A stretch of DNA of 64,000 nucleotides. Origin: an uncultured Gammaproteobacteria bacterium. GTDB lineage: Bacteria > Patescibacteriota > Microgenomatia > Daviesbacterales > UBA10151. Shown here piece by piece: positions 10,191 through 20,121 of the stretch (position 1 is the first letter of the stretch; each line of letters starts with the position of its first letter). The stretch covers positions 94,041-158,040 of the forward strand of contig CAYMZD010000003.1 in assembly GCA_964394855.1 (NCBI GenBank). The letters are read 5' to 3'. The position numbers and the translations under genes are program-made. Under the pieces are notes generated by a model, which did not search any database, had not been told where the DNA came from, and saw only the letters and a program-made list of their open reading frames with translations.

Positions 10191-10220
10191 AACTTGAGGA
10201 TTATATCAAACTAAACTCAA

Positions 10221-10622
10221 ATGTCAAGGCTTGGATTTTGGGAAATGATTAGATTTTTATTGGTTGGCTCTTTGGCGGTTTTAACGGATTTTATCATTTA
10301 TTTTATGCTGATCTTTTTTAATTTGCCCACTTCTCCAGCCAAAGGCATTTCCTGGATTTCCGGCAACATTGTGTCATTTTTTGGCCACCGCAAATTTGTC
10401 TTCCATGCCACGGATAAAAAAGCCAAATATCAAATTCTTCCCTTTGCCCTGCTGTATTTTTCTACCTTCCTTATTAATAACGTAGTTAATGAACTGATGT
10501 TACAATTTACAAGTTTCAAGTTATTGGCTTGGTTTATAGCCACAGCCGTGGCTGTTTCTATCAACTATTTAGGCCTTAAACTGGTAGTCTTTAAAAAAAT
10601 TAGTTCTGGGAGTACTCAATAA
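10221..10622 (+). CDS. GtrA-family lipid-linked sugar flippase
   Basis: 133 aa, 4 TM, RFLLVG..SFFGHRKFVF..INYLGLKLVVF. Confidence 0.9.
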   Translation: MSRLGFWEMIRFLLVGSLAVLTDFIIYFMLIFFNLPTSPAKGISWISGNIVSFFGHRKFVFHATDKKAKYQILPFALLYFSTFLINNVVNELMLQFTSFKLLAWFIATAVAVSINYLGLKLVVFKKISSGSTQ

Positions 10623-12924
10623 TATAACCTCTATTTTTTAATTCATCAAAAGTTAAGGGTCTCACAATAATATTACTCATTTCCGCTTTTATTGGCGGGG
10701 GAGTTAACAGTTTAATATTTTTTAAAACAGTTCCTCCTTGGGGAACAACGACTTCGAAGTCCCCCACTCCACCAACTTGAATTTCCAAAGACTGGCAGTT
10801 TTGGTCAATTGATGCATATTTATCAGTTTCAAAACAAATTTTGGCATTATATTTATTATTAGTTAAATAATTTTGTATCAAAACTTTATTAGCCTCCGAT
10901 GCAACAAAATCAAATGGGTTTTCTTCAATTCTTCCTGCCAGATCAAAATCAATACCTTCGAATCCTGTTTCTATAATTTCCAGTTCAGCTATTTGTGGTT
11001 CATCATGCGCGGAAGTATCAAAAATCTCCATTTTAAAATATTTGCAAAGGACAGGAGAAAAGTTATCAATCACTTTTAATTTATTTGTTTTTGCCGAGTG
11101 TGGCATTGCTGTAAAATTTAATCCATTTAAGGAACAAGAATATGAATACTTCGTGGGAATTTTGTTGGGGTGTCCGGCTGTAAAATAGACCCCTTTAATA
11201 TTCTTAACTAACCCTAAATCCAAAATAATTTCTGTCTTTTCCTTGTAATGCCATTTTAATCTGTGGGCCAACCAGGAAGTTTCCAAATTGTCATCTGCTA
11301 TGTTTTGGATTTCATGGTATCTCCACTGGGAAGAAGTGGTGGCACTAACCTCTTTATAAAAACTTTTTCTGGAAGATAAATAGTTTAAATATTTATCTAA
11401 GTTTAAATTGTTATTTGTGAAATTTATTTTACTATTATCGACTTGTGACTGTAATCTAAACCGCAGCATTAAAGGAGATGAAAAGGTTACCTTTCCTTCA
11501 CTTTCATCCCACAAGGCTCGGCGTGTTAAATCAGTGGTATTGGTTAAACCTTTTTCAGAATCATAAAAAAAAGTATAAAACTTTTCGGGAGTAACTTTGC
11601 CATCCCGGATTAGAGCTAATGCTTCCTGGAAAGTTTCCGGTAAATATAGATCAAATCTGTCTATACCGTAGTGTAGAGCGATGGAGGTTGTAACATTCAT
11701 TGAGCCGACTGCTAAGGCAGCACCTGTTTGAGCGTTACTTTTGGTGTCAGAGCGAACATCAAAATATATAGCAGAACCTTTTGGTAAAACCGGTACTTCT
11801 TTTTTTAGCTGCTCATAAAACCTGCGGGAAGATAGGCCTCTATCTTGAATGATTTTTGCTTCTGCTAAATTATTGAAAATAATATGAGAAACTATCACCA
11901 CCAAGCAGGCCAAGTAAAATTTTCTATCGCTTTTAAAAACTTCTCTAAAAAGTATTACTGTAAAAATGGCAAAGCCCACTATTGAGGTAGTAATATAGCG
12001 ATCTGTTGACTCAAAAACTTCTCCCCCTGTTGTAATATAGGGCACCAAGTAATGAGCCAGCATAAAAATAATTCCCAACCAAAACAAAGAGTGTTTTTTC
12101 CAAATAAAAATAAATCCCAACCCCCCAACAAATAACCACAGTGGAATATTGAGCATATCCGGCAAGATCATGTTTTGAAGCTGCTGAAAGGGCGCTAAAA
12201 GTAAGGATAAGTCTCCCTCCTTAAAAATTTTGTCAGTCAGTCTCCCCAGCCACTCACCACCCCGGGAGTCTTGATACCAGAATCGAAAAGCGATAATAAA
12301 CGGTAAAACCCTGGCCAAGGATAAGAACCATTTAAAATGAAGCAATACTTCAAGTCCCAAAATTAAAAAAATCACCCCATGGCTTCTGACAAATCCTGTT
12401 TCCATAGTATAAACAAATAAAACTAACGATAAAAAGTAGAAAAGAAGCTTTTTTGTTTTACTTTTAAAGCTCAATATATAAAAAGCCAGGGATATATTCA
12501 TGGCGGTTATCATGTGCGAAGTCTGAAGTGAGGTAGAAACTCTCCAAATACTCTCTGCCCCAATGTATCCTGCGGCGAAAATTAAGGAAGCCCAAAATGC
12601 TAGGTTTTTCTTTTGAAATAAAACATAGGCTAAAAAATAAAAGGACAAAGAAGCCAGAAAATAAAAAATTATTCCTACCAAATAATATCCCCGAGGCTCT
12701 GTACCAAAAATTAAGTAAAAAGGGTAAACCAAAGCCGCCACTCCTCTATAGGCACTACTGCTGTCATACACACCAGTTCCAAAGTGACCCGCCGGCCCTT
12801 CTATATTTTGTACTTTGAAAATAATGGCATTATCATCCTCCCAAAAATACATCCCCAGCATTGCTCCATATGAGAGCCAAACAATTAAAAAAATCAAAAG
12901 GAAGGGTTTAATTTTTTGAAACAT
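10600..12924 (-). CDS. Multi-TM GT-C-like protein with C-terminal F5/8 type C domain
   Basis: WEDD after TM1; shares FGTG.YD.SSAYRGV, GYIGAES.WR, TGFVR.HG, YGIDR.DL with 1122..3521; discoidin-like tail. Confidence 0.75.
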   Translation of the reverse strand: MFQKIKPFLLIFLIVWLSYGAMLGMYFWEDDNAIIFKVQNIEGPAGHFGTGVYDSSSAYRGVAALVYPFYLIFGTEPRGYYLVGIIFYFLASLSFYFLAYVLFQKKNLAFWASLIFAAGYIGAESIWRVSTSLQTSHMITAMNISLAFYILSFKSKTKKLLFYFLSLVLFVYTMETGFVRSHGVIFLILGLEVLLHFKWFLSLARVLPFIIAFRFWYQDSRGGEWLGRLTDKIFKEGDLSLLLAPFQQLQNMILPDMLNIPLWLFVGGLGFIFIWKKHSLFWLGIIFMLAHYLVPYITTGGEVFESTDRYITTSIVGFAIFTVILFREVFKSDRKFYLACLVVIVSHIIFNNLAEAKIIQDRGLSSRRFYEQLKKEVPVLPKGSAIYFDVRSDTKSNAQTGAALAVGSMNVTTSIALHYGIDRFDLYLPETFQEALALIRDGKVTPEKFYTFFYDSEKGLTNTTDLTRRALWDESEGKVTFSSPLMLRFRLQSQVDNSKINFTNNNLNLDKYLNYLSSRKSFYKEVSATTSSQWRYHEIQNIADDNLETSWLAHRLKWHYKEKTEIILDLGLVKNIKGVYFTAGHPNKIPTKYSYSCSLNGLNFTAMPHSAKTNKLKVIDNFSPVLCKYFKMEIFDTSAHDEPQIAELEIIETGFEGIDFDLAGRIEENPFDFVASEANKVLIQNYLTNNKYNAKICFETDKYASIDQNCQSLEIQVGGVGDFEVVVPQGGTVLKNIKLLTPPPIKAEMSNIIVRPLTFDELKNRGYIIEYSQN

Positions 12925-13996
12925 CTTTTTTAACTTCTGCTAAACAATCGTAAATATTATCAATCTTCCCCCCCATTACTATATGAAAATTGTCAATTCC
13001 ATAATTTTGTCGGTAGAGAATGGGTCTTTTATCAGAATCTTCTGCCTCCTCCAAAACCGTCTTAACCTCAAATATGGAAGAGGCATATTGACTTCCCGAA
13101 AATGATGGAATAAATCTTTGCACATCTTTTATCATATACATAAACTTACTTTTGTGTGACAGTTTCGGCGCTCTTGTGTTATCGTTCCAGGCAAGATGTG
13201 GGGTATATCTGACATGATGAATGGTATGTAATTTTTGGGGGGGGAAGGGCATAATCGAAAAAAAAGGACCATCTAAAATAGTGATCGCTAAATCCTTAAA
13301 TTTTTCGGGAATTTTTATAAGTGGCATTTCTGTCCATTCATATTTAAATGGCAGTAGCGGTAAATTACTATTTTTTAGAATTTGATTGATTTGGGAATAG
13401 CTACAGTTAAAAATCTGCTTACCGAAGATTACTTTGCCGCTTTTAAAGTAAGCTAAAATAGCGCTACCATCTTTTCCTTTGATTTTTTCTACTTCTTCGT
13501 TAAAGATAAGTTTCACACCCGCTTTTTTTAATTTTTCTTTTAAAATTTTTCGCAGTTTCAAAGCATCAAAAACAAGCTCCTCTACTTTAAAAACTCCATC
13601 AATTAAGGTGGAATTAAATAGTTTTTTAATCTCGGTGGGGGCCTCCTCTATTGGCGAACCAATTTTTTGGCAGAATTTAACAAACTGCCAAGCCGTGGTT
13701 TTGGATAGGTTTGAAGCAATGGCATATATTTTTTGAAAGTTATTATTAATCGACTGATTAAAATCCTTGATAAATCTTCCATAATTGTAATGGGAACGAA
13801 GGGCTGTTAAAAATGAACGGGGATAGTGGTAGCCGTTGTGAACCCTGGCTTGGTTATTGTAGGAAGCTCTCATCAAAAGATCTTTTTCTTTTTCAATAAT
13901 GGCTACTTTGTTAACTTTTGTTTTAAAATAGAGCGCCAACATACATCCATAAAATCCCCCGCCAATTATCACAATATCAAATTTTTTATAGCTCAT
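12908..13996 (-). CDS. FAD-dependent oxidoreductase (DAO/LhgO superfamily)
   Basis: DIVIIGGGFYG..IIEKE, ASYNNQARVHNGYHYPRS, DGPFFS, C-terminal GGKID. Confidence 0.85.
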   Translation of the reverse strand: MSYKKFDIVIIGGGFYGCMLALYFKTKVNKVAIIEKEKDLLMRASYNNQARVHNGYHYPRSFLTALRSHYNYGRFIKDFNQSINNNFQKIYAIASNLSKTTAWQFVKFCQKIGSPIEEAPTEIKKLFNSTLIDGVFKVEELVFDALKLRKILKEKLKKAGVKLIFNEEVEKIKGKDGSAILAYFKSGKVIFGKQIFNCSYSQINQILKNSNLPLLPFKYEWTEMPLIKIPEKFKDLAITILDGPFFSIMPFPPQKLHTIHHVRYTPHLAWNDNTRAPKLSHKSKFMYMIKDVQRFIPSFSGSQYASSIFEVKTVLEEAEDSDKRPILYRQNYGIDNFHIVMGGKIDNIYDCLAEVKKDVSKN

Positions 13997-15587
13997 TATT
14001 TTTTAATAACTTAAATCTAGAGTCATAATATAAAGTTATAATATCTTTACGGCTCGCTCCTTTGGTTTTTATCACTTCTTCCAATTTGGCTTTTTCCCAA
14101 AAATAACCAAAACCCACCCCTTGAATTTCTTTATATCCCTGTTCCCCAATTCCCCAAAGGTATTGTTCGCTAATTAAGGATTTAAGCTCTTGAGGAGCTT
14201 TATTTTGACCGTAGTACCAAACAAGCAGAGTATAACCTAAGCCCTGCTGCCAGGGCATGGGATTACCCGCGCTGACATAAAAATTTCGATCCCCGCTAAC
14301 ATAAAAAACGGTTTTTTGATCTAACTTTGGCTTTATTTTCAGGATTTCTCCCAAAATATATTTTCTCTCTATAGCCAACTCCTCTTGTTTTTGGATTTCA
14401 GCTTTAACAACCGTGGCGTGTATCAAAATGAAAATTAAAAAAAGACTTATTAGAAACTTTTTATTTTGAGTTATCAACCCGGCTAGGATACCCCAACCAA
14501 AAGCCGCCAAATAATAGTAGCGGTTCTCCAAGTAGGCCCCATTTTTACCGATAATCACATAGGGAAGAAAGCTAAAAATGATAAAGAGAGCAAAGAATAT
14601 GACATATTTTTTGTCGGGATTGTTTTTGAAAAGTATAAATAATAAAAAAGCAATCATTAGACTTAAAAAGACAGCTAATCCATCTAAAACCACCGATTGA
14701 GCAACCAGATCGTAGATATCAGGAGGTAAAAAGGGATAATATACCCAAGTTAAATGCTTAGCAAAATTAAAAAAAGCTTCCGAGGGAATGAGGGTAAGGG
14801 AAAATGAGGTAAGAGGATAAATTAGTACTCTACTTATAATTGTTAAAAATGGATTTGTTGTTGCACCGGTAATAAATAAATCTTTCTCTACCGGAATTGA
14901 TTGAAACTGAATCACTACCACGCTAAAGGAAATTAAGAAAAATATCACGAAAGCAGTAAATCTCAATAGCCATTTCTTGAAAGGGTAGTGTAAAAATATC
15001 AAGTGAAAAAGCGGCAGAAAAATAAATAAAAATATACCGATCTCTTTAAAATATAAAGATATATACAAACTGGTAAAAACCCCAAATAACCACTTTAGTT
15101 GATTGGTTTCAATAAATTTAAAATAACTAAGCAGTCCCAAAAGAATTAAGGTAGTGGCGGGTAGAGTACCGGTTCCTGAAGCTGCCCAGGTAACCGCACC
15201 AGCAGCGACCCCATTAAAAGCAAAAAATAAGGATGCCAGTAAGCTTAAAATTTTATTCTTCAGGAATTTATTAGCCAACAGATAAACCAAACAAGTATTA
15301 ATTGCATGGAAAGTAATGGCAAAAAGAGCCACCGGTACAATGTTGAAGGGAAACCTACCCAACAGCCAAAAAACTAAAGCATCAGCAACTATTCTACCCT
15401 GACCTAATATCACAGACAGGGGGTTGATGCCAACGAAAATGGATTGATACCCTTTAGTTAAAATGTCCCCTAAACCATACCATTCATCTTGTTGATAAAA
15501 AGTTAAAGTCAACTCCCAAAATACTAAAACAACAAATAAAGATAATAAAATATAAGGAAAAAATTTTAATATTAAAAGTTTATTCAT
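13986..15587 (-). CDS. Multi-TM GT-C-like protein
   Basis: YQQDEW after TM1, SLYFKE, ENRYYY; related to 1122/10600 but lacks the discoidin domain. Confidence 0.7.
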   Translation of the reverse strand: MNKLLILKFFPYILLSLFVVLVFWELTLTFYQQDEWYGLGDILTKGYQSIFVGINPLSVILGQGRIVADALVFWLLGRFPFNIVPVALFAITFHAINTCLVYLLANKFLKNKILSLLASLFFAFNGVAAGAVTWAASGTGTLPATTLILLGLLSYFKFIETNQLKWLFGVFTSLYISLYFKEIGIFLFIFLPLFHLIFLHYPFKKWLLRFTAFVIFFLISFSVVVIQFQSIPVEKDLFITGATTNPFLTIISRVLIYPLTSFSLTLIPSEAFFNFAKHLTWVYYPFLPPDIYDLVAQSVVLDGLAVFLSLMIAFLLFILFKNNPDKKYVIFFALFIIFSFLPYVIIGKNGAYLENRYYYLAAFGWGILAGLITQNKKFLISLFLIFILIHATVVKAEIQKQEELAIERKYILGEILKIKPKLDQKTVFYVSGDRNFYVSAGNPMPWQQGLGYTLLVWYYGQNKAPQELKSLISEQYLWGIGEQGYKEIQGVGFGYFWEKAKLEEVIKTKGASRKDIITLYYDSRFKLLKNNEL

Positions 15588-17353
15588 TTTTTGGAAATTA
15601 AGTAGTTCTCTAAGACCAAATATTCAAGATCGGAATTTTCAAAAGTTAGTATTGCTTCTTCTGGACCCTTCACAATGGGAAAACCATGAAGATTAAATGA
15701 GGTATTTAATACTCCTCCAATGCCGGTTAGTTTTTCAAATTCTTTGATGATTTTATAATACAATGGGTTATAATTTTCTTCTAAAAGCTGTGGTCTAAGC
15801 GTCAAATCATATGGATGAAGTGCTGCCACTAACTGCTTTCTTGCCAGTTCTGTTGAATTAAAACCAATCATCATATAGGGAGAATGAAATCTTTTGGGGT
15901 TTATTACATAATCATTCATCCTCTCCCATAAAATGGTTGGGGCAAATGGCATCCAAAAATCTCTGCCTTTAATTTGATCGTTAATAGTACGAATTATTTG
16001 CGGATTGGAAGGATTAGCTAAAATAGAACGGTTCCCCAAAGCTCTGGCCCCAAATTCCATCCTACCACTACACCTGGCTACAATTTTACCTTGAGCCAGC
16101 AGTTTTGCTACCTGGCTCTCAATATCTTTAAACTTTTTAACTTTATATTTTTTATCAATCTTTTTGTTTCTAATAAATTTTAGCGTTTGGCTATCACTAA
16201 ATTGTGGCCCCCAATAAATATCCCTTATCGTAGCTTCTTTCAGATATTTTCCTGCGTTTAGCATTAAAAAACCCAAGTAACAGGCCCCAATGGGGGTGGA
16301 TTCATCAGAGGCAGATGGCATGATAAATAATTCTTTAACAGATTTAAGTTCGGCAATTTTTTGATTAACCTTAATATTCATAATTACCCCTCCTGCTAAA
16401 GCTACTACATTTAGCTTGGTCTTTTTAATTGAAGCTTCAACCCATTGGGTAATTTTTTCTTCTAAAAGGCGCTGGAATAGGCTGGCTAAAAGATCAAATC
16501 TCACTTTGGATAATTTCCTTTTAATAAACTTATCAGTATCGAGGGTGTTAAATCTTGTTTTGAAAACTAAAGGATTTCGCGGATCAAAATAGATAATATC
16601 TTTGACTAAATCATAAACTCTATTAACATCTTCACTTCTAGCATAAGGAGCAAGGCCCATCACCTTGTATTCATGCTCATTATCCTTCATCCCCAGGCTT
16701 TGAGTCAATCTGGCATAGATGTAACCAAGGGAGCTTTCTCTGGAAGTTTTAGCCAAAACTTTATATTTCTTACCTTCAAATATACTCACTGATGATGAAC
16801 AAAAATCACCCTCCCCATCAATTGTTAAAACCAGACATTTTTGTTGGTTAAATGAAGATGCAAAATAAGCAGAAGCGGCATGGCAAAGATGGTGATCAAA
16901 AGAGACTATTTTCTCCGCTGGAATATTTAAATACTCCGCAACAGCGCGCCGCTCCCGCACCATGTGTATTTTTTCCACCATTAAGGTAGCTGCCCGAAAC
17001 ATGAATTGACCAATTGGTAACAGCTGAGGAAATTTGAAAGTAATTTCCCCCCAAATTTTTCTTATCAGCCCCACCACTTTGTAAATAACGATTAAAAAAG
17101 AGAGCATGGCATCTTTTTCATCTTTTCTAAAAGAGTGCATGGGTGCACCATATTTATAAGGAATGGCTACTAAATCCAACTCCTCTGATTTTATTCCCGC
17201 TTCTTTTAAGCAATAATCAATGGCTTGTTTGGGAAAGCCATAATGGTTTTTTACTCCGGAAAATCTTTCTTCAGAGGTACTAGATAGAACCTTACCATCT
17301 TTTAATAAAGCACAAGTAGCATTATGGGTATTATAAATTCCTAAAATATACAT
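15584..17353 (-). CDS. O-carbamoyltransferase (NodU/CmcH/TobZ family)
   Basis: EERFSGVK, HHLCHAASAY, DGEGD, EYKVMGLAPY, EFGARALGNRS, MPFAP, NTSFNLHG; start set at MYILGI (ORF track 17398). Confidence 0.93.
   Translation of the reverse strand: MYILGIYNTHNATCALLKDGKVLSSTSEERFSGVKNHYGFPKQAIDYCLKEAGIKSEELDLVAIPYKYGAPMHSFRKDEKDAMLSFLIVIYKVVGLIRKIWGEITFKFPQLLPIGQFMFRAATLMVEKIHMVRERRAVAEYLNIPAEKIVSFDHHLCHAASAYFASSFNQQKCLVLTIDGEGDFCSSSVSIFEGKKYKVLAKTSRESSLGYIYARLTQSLGMKDNEHEYKVMGLAPYARSEDVNRVYDLVKDIIYFDPRNPLVFKTRFNTLDTDKFIKRKLSKVRFDLLASLFQRLLEEKITQWVEASIKKTKLNVVALAGGVIMNIKVNQKIAELKSVKELFIMPSASDESTPIGACYLGFLMLNAGKYLKEATIRDIYWGPQFSDSQTLKFIRNKKIDKKYKVKKFKDIESQVAKLLAQGKIVARCSGRMEFGARALGNRSILANPSNPQIIRTINDQIKGRDFWMPFAPTILWERMNDYVINPKRFHSPYMMIGFNSTELARKQLVAALHPYDLTLRPQLLEENYNPLYYKIIKEFEKLTGIGGVLNTSFNLHGFPIVKGPEEAILTFENSDLEYLVLENYLISKK
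17325..17353. repeat. 29-bp direct repeat, copy 1 (first codons of the carbamoyltransferase)
   Basis: tgggtattataaattcctaaaatatacat, identical to 20064-20092. Confidence 0.95.
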
Positions 17354-17460
17354 CTTAAAGAATAGTAAAGTATACCATAAGTCTATATTTATAATCATTT
17401 GTTTACTACTATCCTTTGCTAAAAAATAATATAATCATGAAAGCAAAAAAAGAAATTATT

Positions 17461-18555
17461 ATGAGGAAAATAATTCTGGTGACAGGTTCTGCTGGATTAA
17501 TAGGTTCTGAATCAGTCAGATTCTTTTGTAAAAAGGGGTTTAATGTGGTGGGAATTGACAATGATGCTAGGGGATACTTCTTTGGTCCATCGGCTAGTAT
17601 CAAGCGAAATAAAATATTATTACAAAAACAATATCCTAATTATACACACTTAAGCATTGATATCAGAAATCAAAAAAAGGTCGAAGAATTATTTAAAACT
17701 TTCAAATTTTCCTTAGTTATACATGCTGCTGCTCAACCATCTCATGATTGGGCAGTTAAGGAACCCTTAACTGATTTTACAATTAATGCCCTTGGAACAC
17801 ACATTCTTTTGGAATGCCTTAGAAAATATTGCCCAAGTGCAGTATTTATATTTACTTCGACCAATAAAATCTACGGTAATAATCCCAATAAACTCCCCAT
17901 TTTTGAATTAGAAACCAGGTACGAAGTTTTAGAAGACCACCCATTTAAAAACGGTATTGACGAAACTATGTCAATTGATAATTGTACCCATAGCATTTTT
18001 GGGGTGTCAAAAGCTGCTGCCGATTTAATGGTTCAAGAGTATGGCAGGTATTTTGGGTTAAATACCGGAGTCTTCAGAGGCGGTTGTTTAACTGGCCCTG
18101 CCCATACCCCAGCTCAACTCCATGGATTTTTAGCTTATCTTGTTTACTCCATAGCCAACAAAATTCCCTATACTATATTTGGTTATAAAGGTAAGCAGGT
18201 CAGAGATAATATTCATGCTTACGATGTAGTTAATGCTTTTTATCATTTTTATAAAAATCCAAAGCAGGGAGAGGTTTATAATATAGGTGGCGGAAGATTT
18301 TCCAATATCTCGATACTGGAGGCAATTAAAAAAATAGAAAAAATTACCAATATAAGAGCAAAGGTAAGCTATATTCATAAGAATAGAGTTGGTGACCATA
18401 TCTGGTATATTTCTGATATCTCGAAACTTAAAAAACATTTCCCGGATTGGAACTACACTTATAATATAGATAAAATTTTAACTGAACTTTGTCAATTCAC
18501 CATGGAAAACATCTCCAAAAGCATACAAGCAATTACTAAAAAGTTAAAAATCTAA
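17461..18555 (+). CDS. NAD-dependent epimerase, CDP-paratose 2-epimerase (RfbE/Tyv)-like
   Basis: [38 protein letters not shown]; alternative starts 17437 or 17416. Confidence 0.85.
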   Translation: MRKIILVTGSAGLIGSESVRFFCKKGFNVVGIDNDARGYFFGPSASIKRNKILLQKQYPNYTHLSIDIRNQKKVEELFKTFKFSLVIHAAAQPSHDWAVKEPLTDFTINALGTHILLECLRKYCPSAVFIFTSTNKIYGNNPNKLPIFELETRYEVLEDHPFKNGIDETMSIDNCTHSIFGVSKAAADLMVQEYGRYFGLNTGVFRGGCLTGPAHTPAQLHGFLAYLVYSIANKIPYTIFGYKGKQVRDNIHAYDVVNAFYHFYKNPKQGEVYNIGGGRFSNISILEAIKKIEKITNIRAKVSYIHKNRVGDHIWYISDISKLKKHFPDWNYTYNIDKILTELCQFTMENISKSIQAITKKLKI

Positions 18556-19289
18556 GATGAAGTCTTTGAACGTGGAGCCTCCCATTTAATTAACAGCGAC
18601 ATCAAAAGTACCCTTAAATAATAAGGGCCGACACTAAATAACTTAAACTTAGATAGACCCATACTTTCGGTTCTCCCAATCCACTTAACCGGTACCTCAC
18701 CTATTTTATATCCATAAATTATGGGGTAAATTCCTGTTTCAGCATTAATAGAAAAATTCCAAGATGATAAAGGAATTCGATCAAAAATTTCTTTTTTGTA
18801 GAATTTAAAGTTATTGGTTAAATCTTTCTGTTTAATTCCCAGTAATATTTTACATAAAAAATGAAAAGCTCGATTGGCGATTTTTTTGGCCCAAGGATAT
18901 CTGATTAAGCTATTGGGTAACAAATATCTCGAACCAACTAAACCATCATAATTGTCAATCTGTTCTAAAAATAACTTTATATCAGGAATGTTATCTATAA
19001 AATCCGCATCCATTGTTAAAATGTGTGTTGCCTCACTGTTAACCTTTCTAATCCCATCTCTGATTGCTAACCCTACACCGTTGGGAGGGATCCGATGGAC
19101 AACCTTAACTTTTCTATTTTTTTTAGTTAAACGGTCCACTATTTTTCCCGTTCGATCTGTGGAGTTATCATCAACTATAATTATTTCATATATTTCTTTG
19201 GGGTAGATCTCCAAGAATGTCTCAACTAATTTCTTGATATTATTCTCTTCATTATGGGCTGGTATAACAATCGCCAACTTTATTTTCAT
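18552..19289 (-). CDS. DPM1-like GT2 polyprenyl-phosphate glycosyltransferase
   Basis: [42 protein letters not shown]; ATG 19289 preferred over TTG 19313. Confidence 0.88.
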   Translation of the reverse strand: MKIKLAIVIPAHNEENNIKKLVETFLEIYPKEIYEIIIVDDNSTDRTGKIVDRLTKKNRKVKVVHRIPPNGVGLAIRDGIRKVNSEATHILTMDADFIDNIPDIKLFLEQIDNYDGLVGSRYLLPNSLIRYPWAKKIANRAFHFLCKILLGIKQKDLTNNFKFYKKEIFDRIPLSSWNFSINAETGIYPIIYGYKIGEVPVKWIGRTESMGLSKFKLFSVGPYYLRVLLMSLLIKWEAPRSKTSS

Positions 19290-19325
19290 ATATTTATATA
19301 TTTGAATATCCAAATTATAATACCC

Positions 19326-19354
19326 TTGACTGCTAGATTACTAGTATATAAACT
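19326..19354 (+). promoter_or_regulatory. Putative sigma-70 promoter for the 19368 methyltransferase
   Basis: TTGACT-N17-TAAACT, 13 nt before ATG. Confidence 0.45.
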
Positions 19355-19367
19355 CTATTCTTAAGTT

Positions 19368-20033
19368 ATGTCTCAACTTTTAAAAAAAATCAATCTTCTT
19401 TATGGCTTTAGATTTTCCGAACAAGAAAGAATTCTTAAAGATAAATTATGGAAGATTCTTTGTTCTGACTTCTTACAAAAATATATCTCTAAAAATGACA
19501 CGGTTTTAGATTTAGCTGCTGGCTATTGTGATTTTATCAATAATATTATTTGTGGTGCCAAAATAGCAGTCGATATCAATCCAGAAACCAAAAAATTCGC
19601 CCAAAGGGATGTTAAAGTGGTCAAAGCCTACTCCATCGATCTTCCTAAGAAGCTAACCAATACTGTTAATGTTGTTTTTGCAGGATGTTTTCTGGAACAT
19701 CTTCCATCAAAGGATGCAATTTTAAAAACATTTCAAGAAGTCTATCGCGTCCTAAAACCGGGTGGAAGATTTATTATCCTAAATCCGAATATTCGTTTTT
19801 CTACATCAGACTACTGGGATTATTTTGACCATTTAACACCCGTCAGTGACAGAAGTGTAGTTGAAGGTTTGGAATTAGCTCAATTTAAAATTGAAAAGGT
19901 CATAGCTCGGTTTGTACCAAATACAGTTAAAGATCATTTGCCCAAAAGTCTTTTTTTAGTAAAAATATACCTGCACCTGCCTTTTCTTTTCCATATTTTT
20001 GGACGACAAATGTTAGTCATTGCCAGAAAATAA
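19368..20033 (+). CDS. Class I SAM-dependent methyltransferase
   Basis: VLDLAAG, AVDIN, FLEHL, RVLKPGG, YWDYFDH. Confidence 0.88.
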   Translation: MSQLLKKINLLYGFRFSEQERILKDKLWKILCSDFLQKYISKNDTVLDLAAGYCDFINNIICGAKIAVDINPETKKFAQRDVKVVKAYSIDLPKKLTNTVNVVFAGCFLEHLPSKDAILKTFQEVYRVLKPGGRFIILNPNIRFSTSDYWDYFDHLTPVSDRSVVEGLELAQFKIEKVIARFVPNTVKDHLPKSLFLVKIYLHLPFLFHIFGRQMLVIARK

Positions 20034-20047
20034 ATAAAACAACTTTA

Positions 20048-20092
20048 TCAACACATCCCACAGTGGGTATTATAAATTCCTAAAATATACAT
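20048..20092 (-). pseudogene. Truncated duplicate of the carbamoyltransferase 5' end (mini-ORF MYILGIYNTHCGMC*)
   Basis: 20064-20092 is identical to 17325-17353; similar upstream TGnTATACT element at 20107-20115. Confidence 0.75.
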
Positions 20093-20121
20093 ATTCTAAG
20101 CTTAAAAGTATATCATAGATA

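Noticed and set aside
18556-18585. GT2 C-terminus [10 protein letters not shown], reminiscent of translated IS200/IS605-end palindromes
   Set aside because: No inverted repeat is present in the DNA; resemblance too weak
17325-20092. 29-bp repeat as an IS target-site duplication or prophage att site
   Set aside because: Too long for a typical TSD and no transposase or integrase between the copies; kept only as a recombination-scar hypothesis
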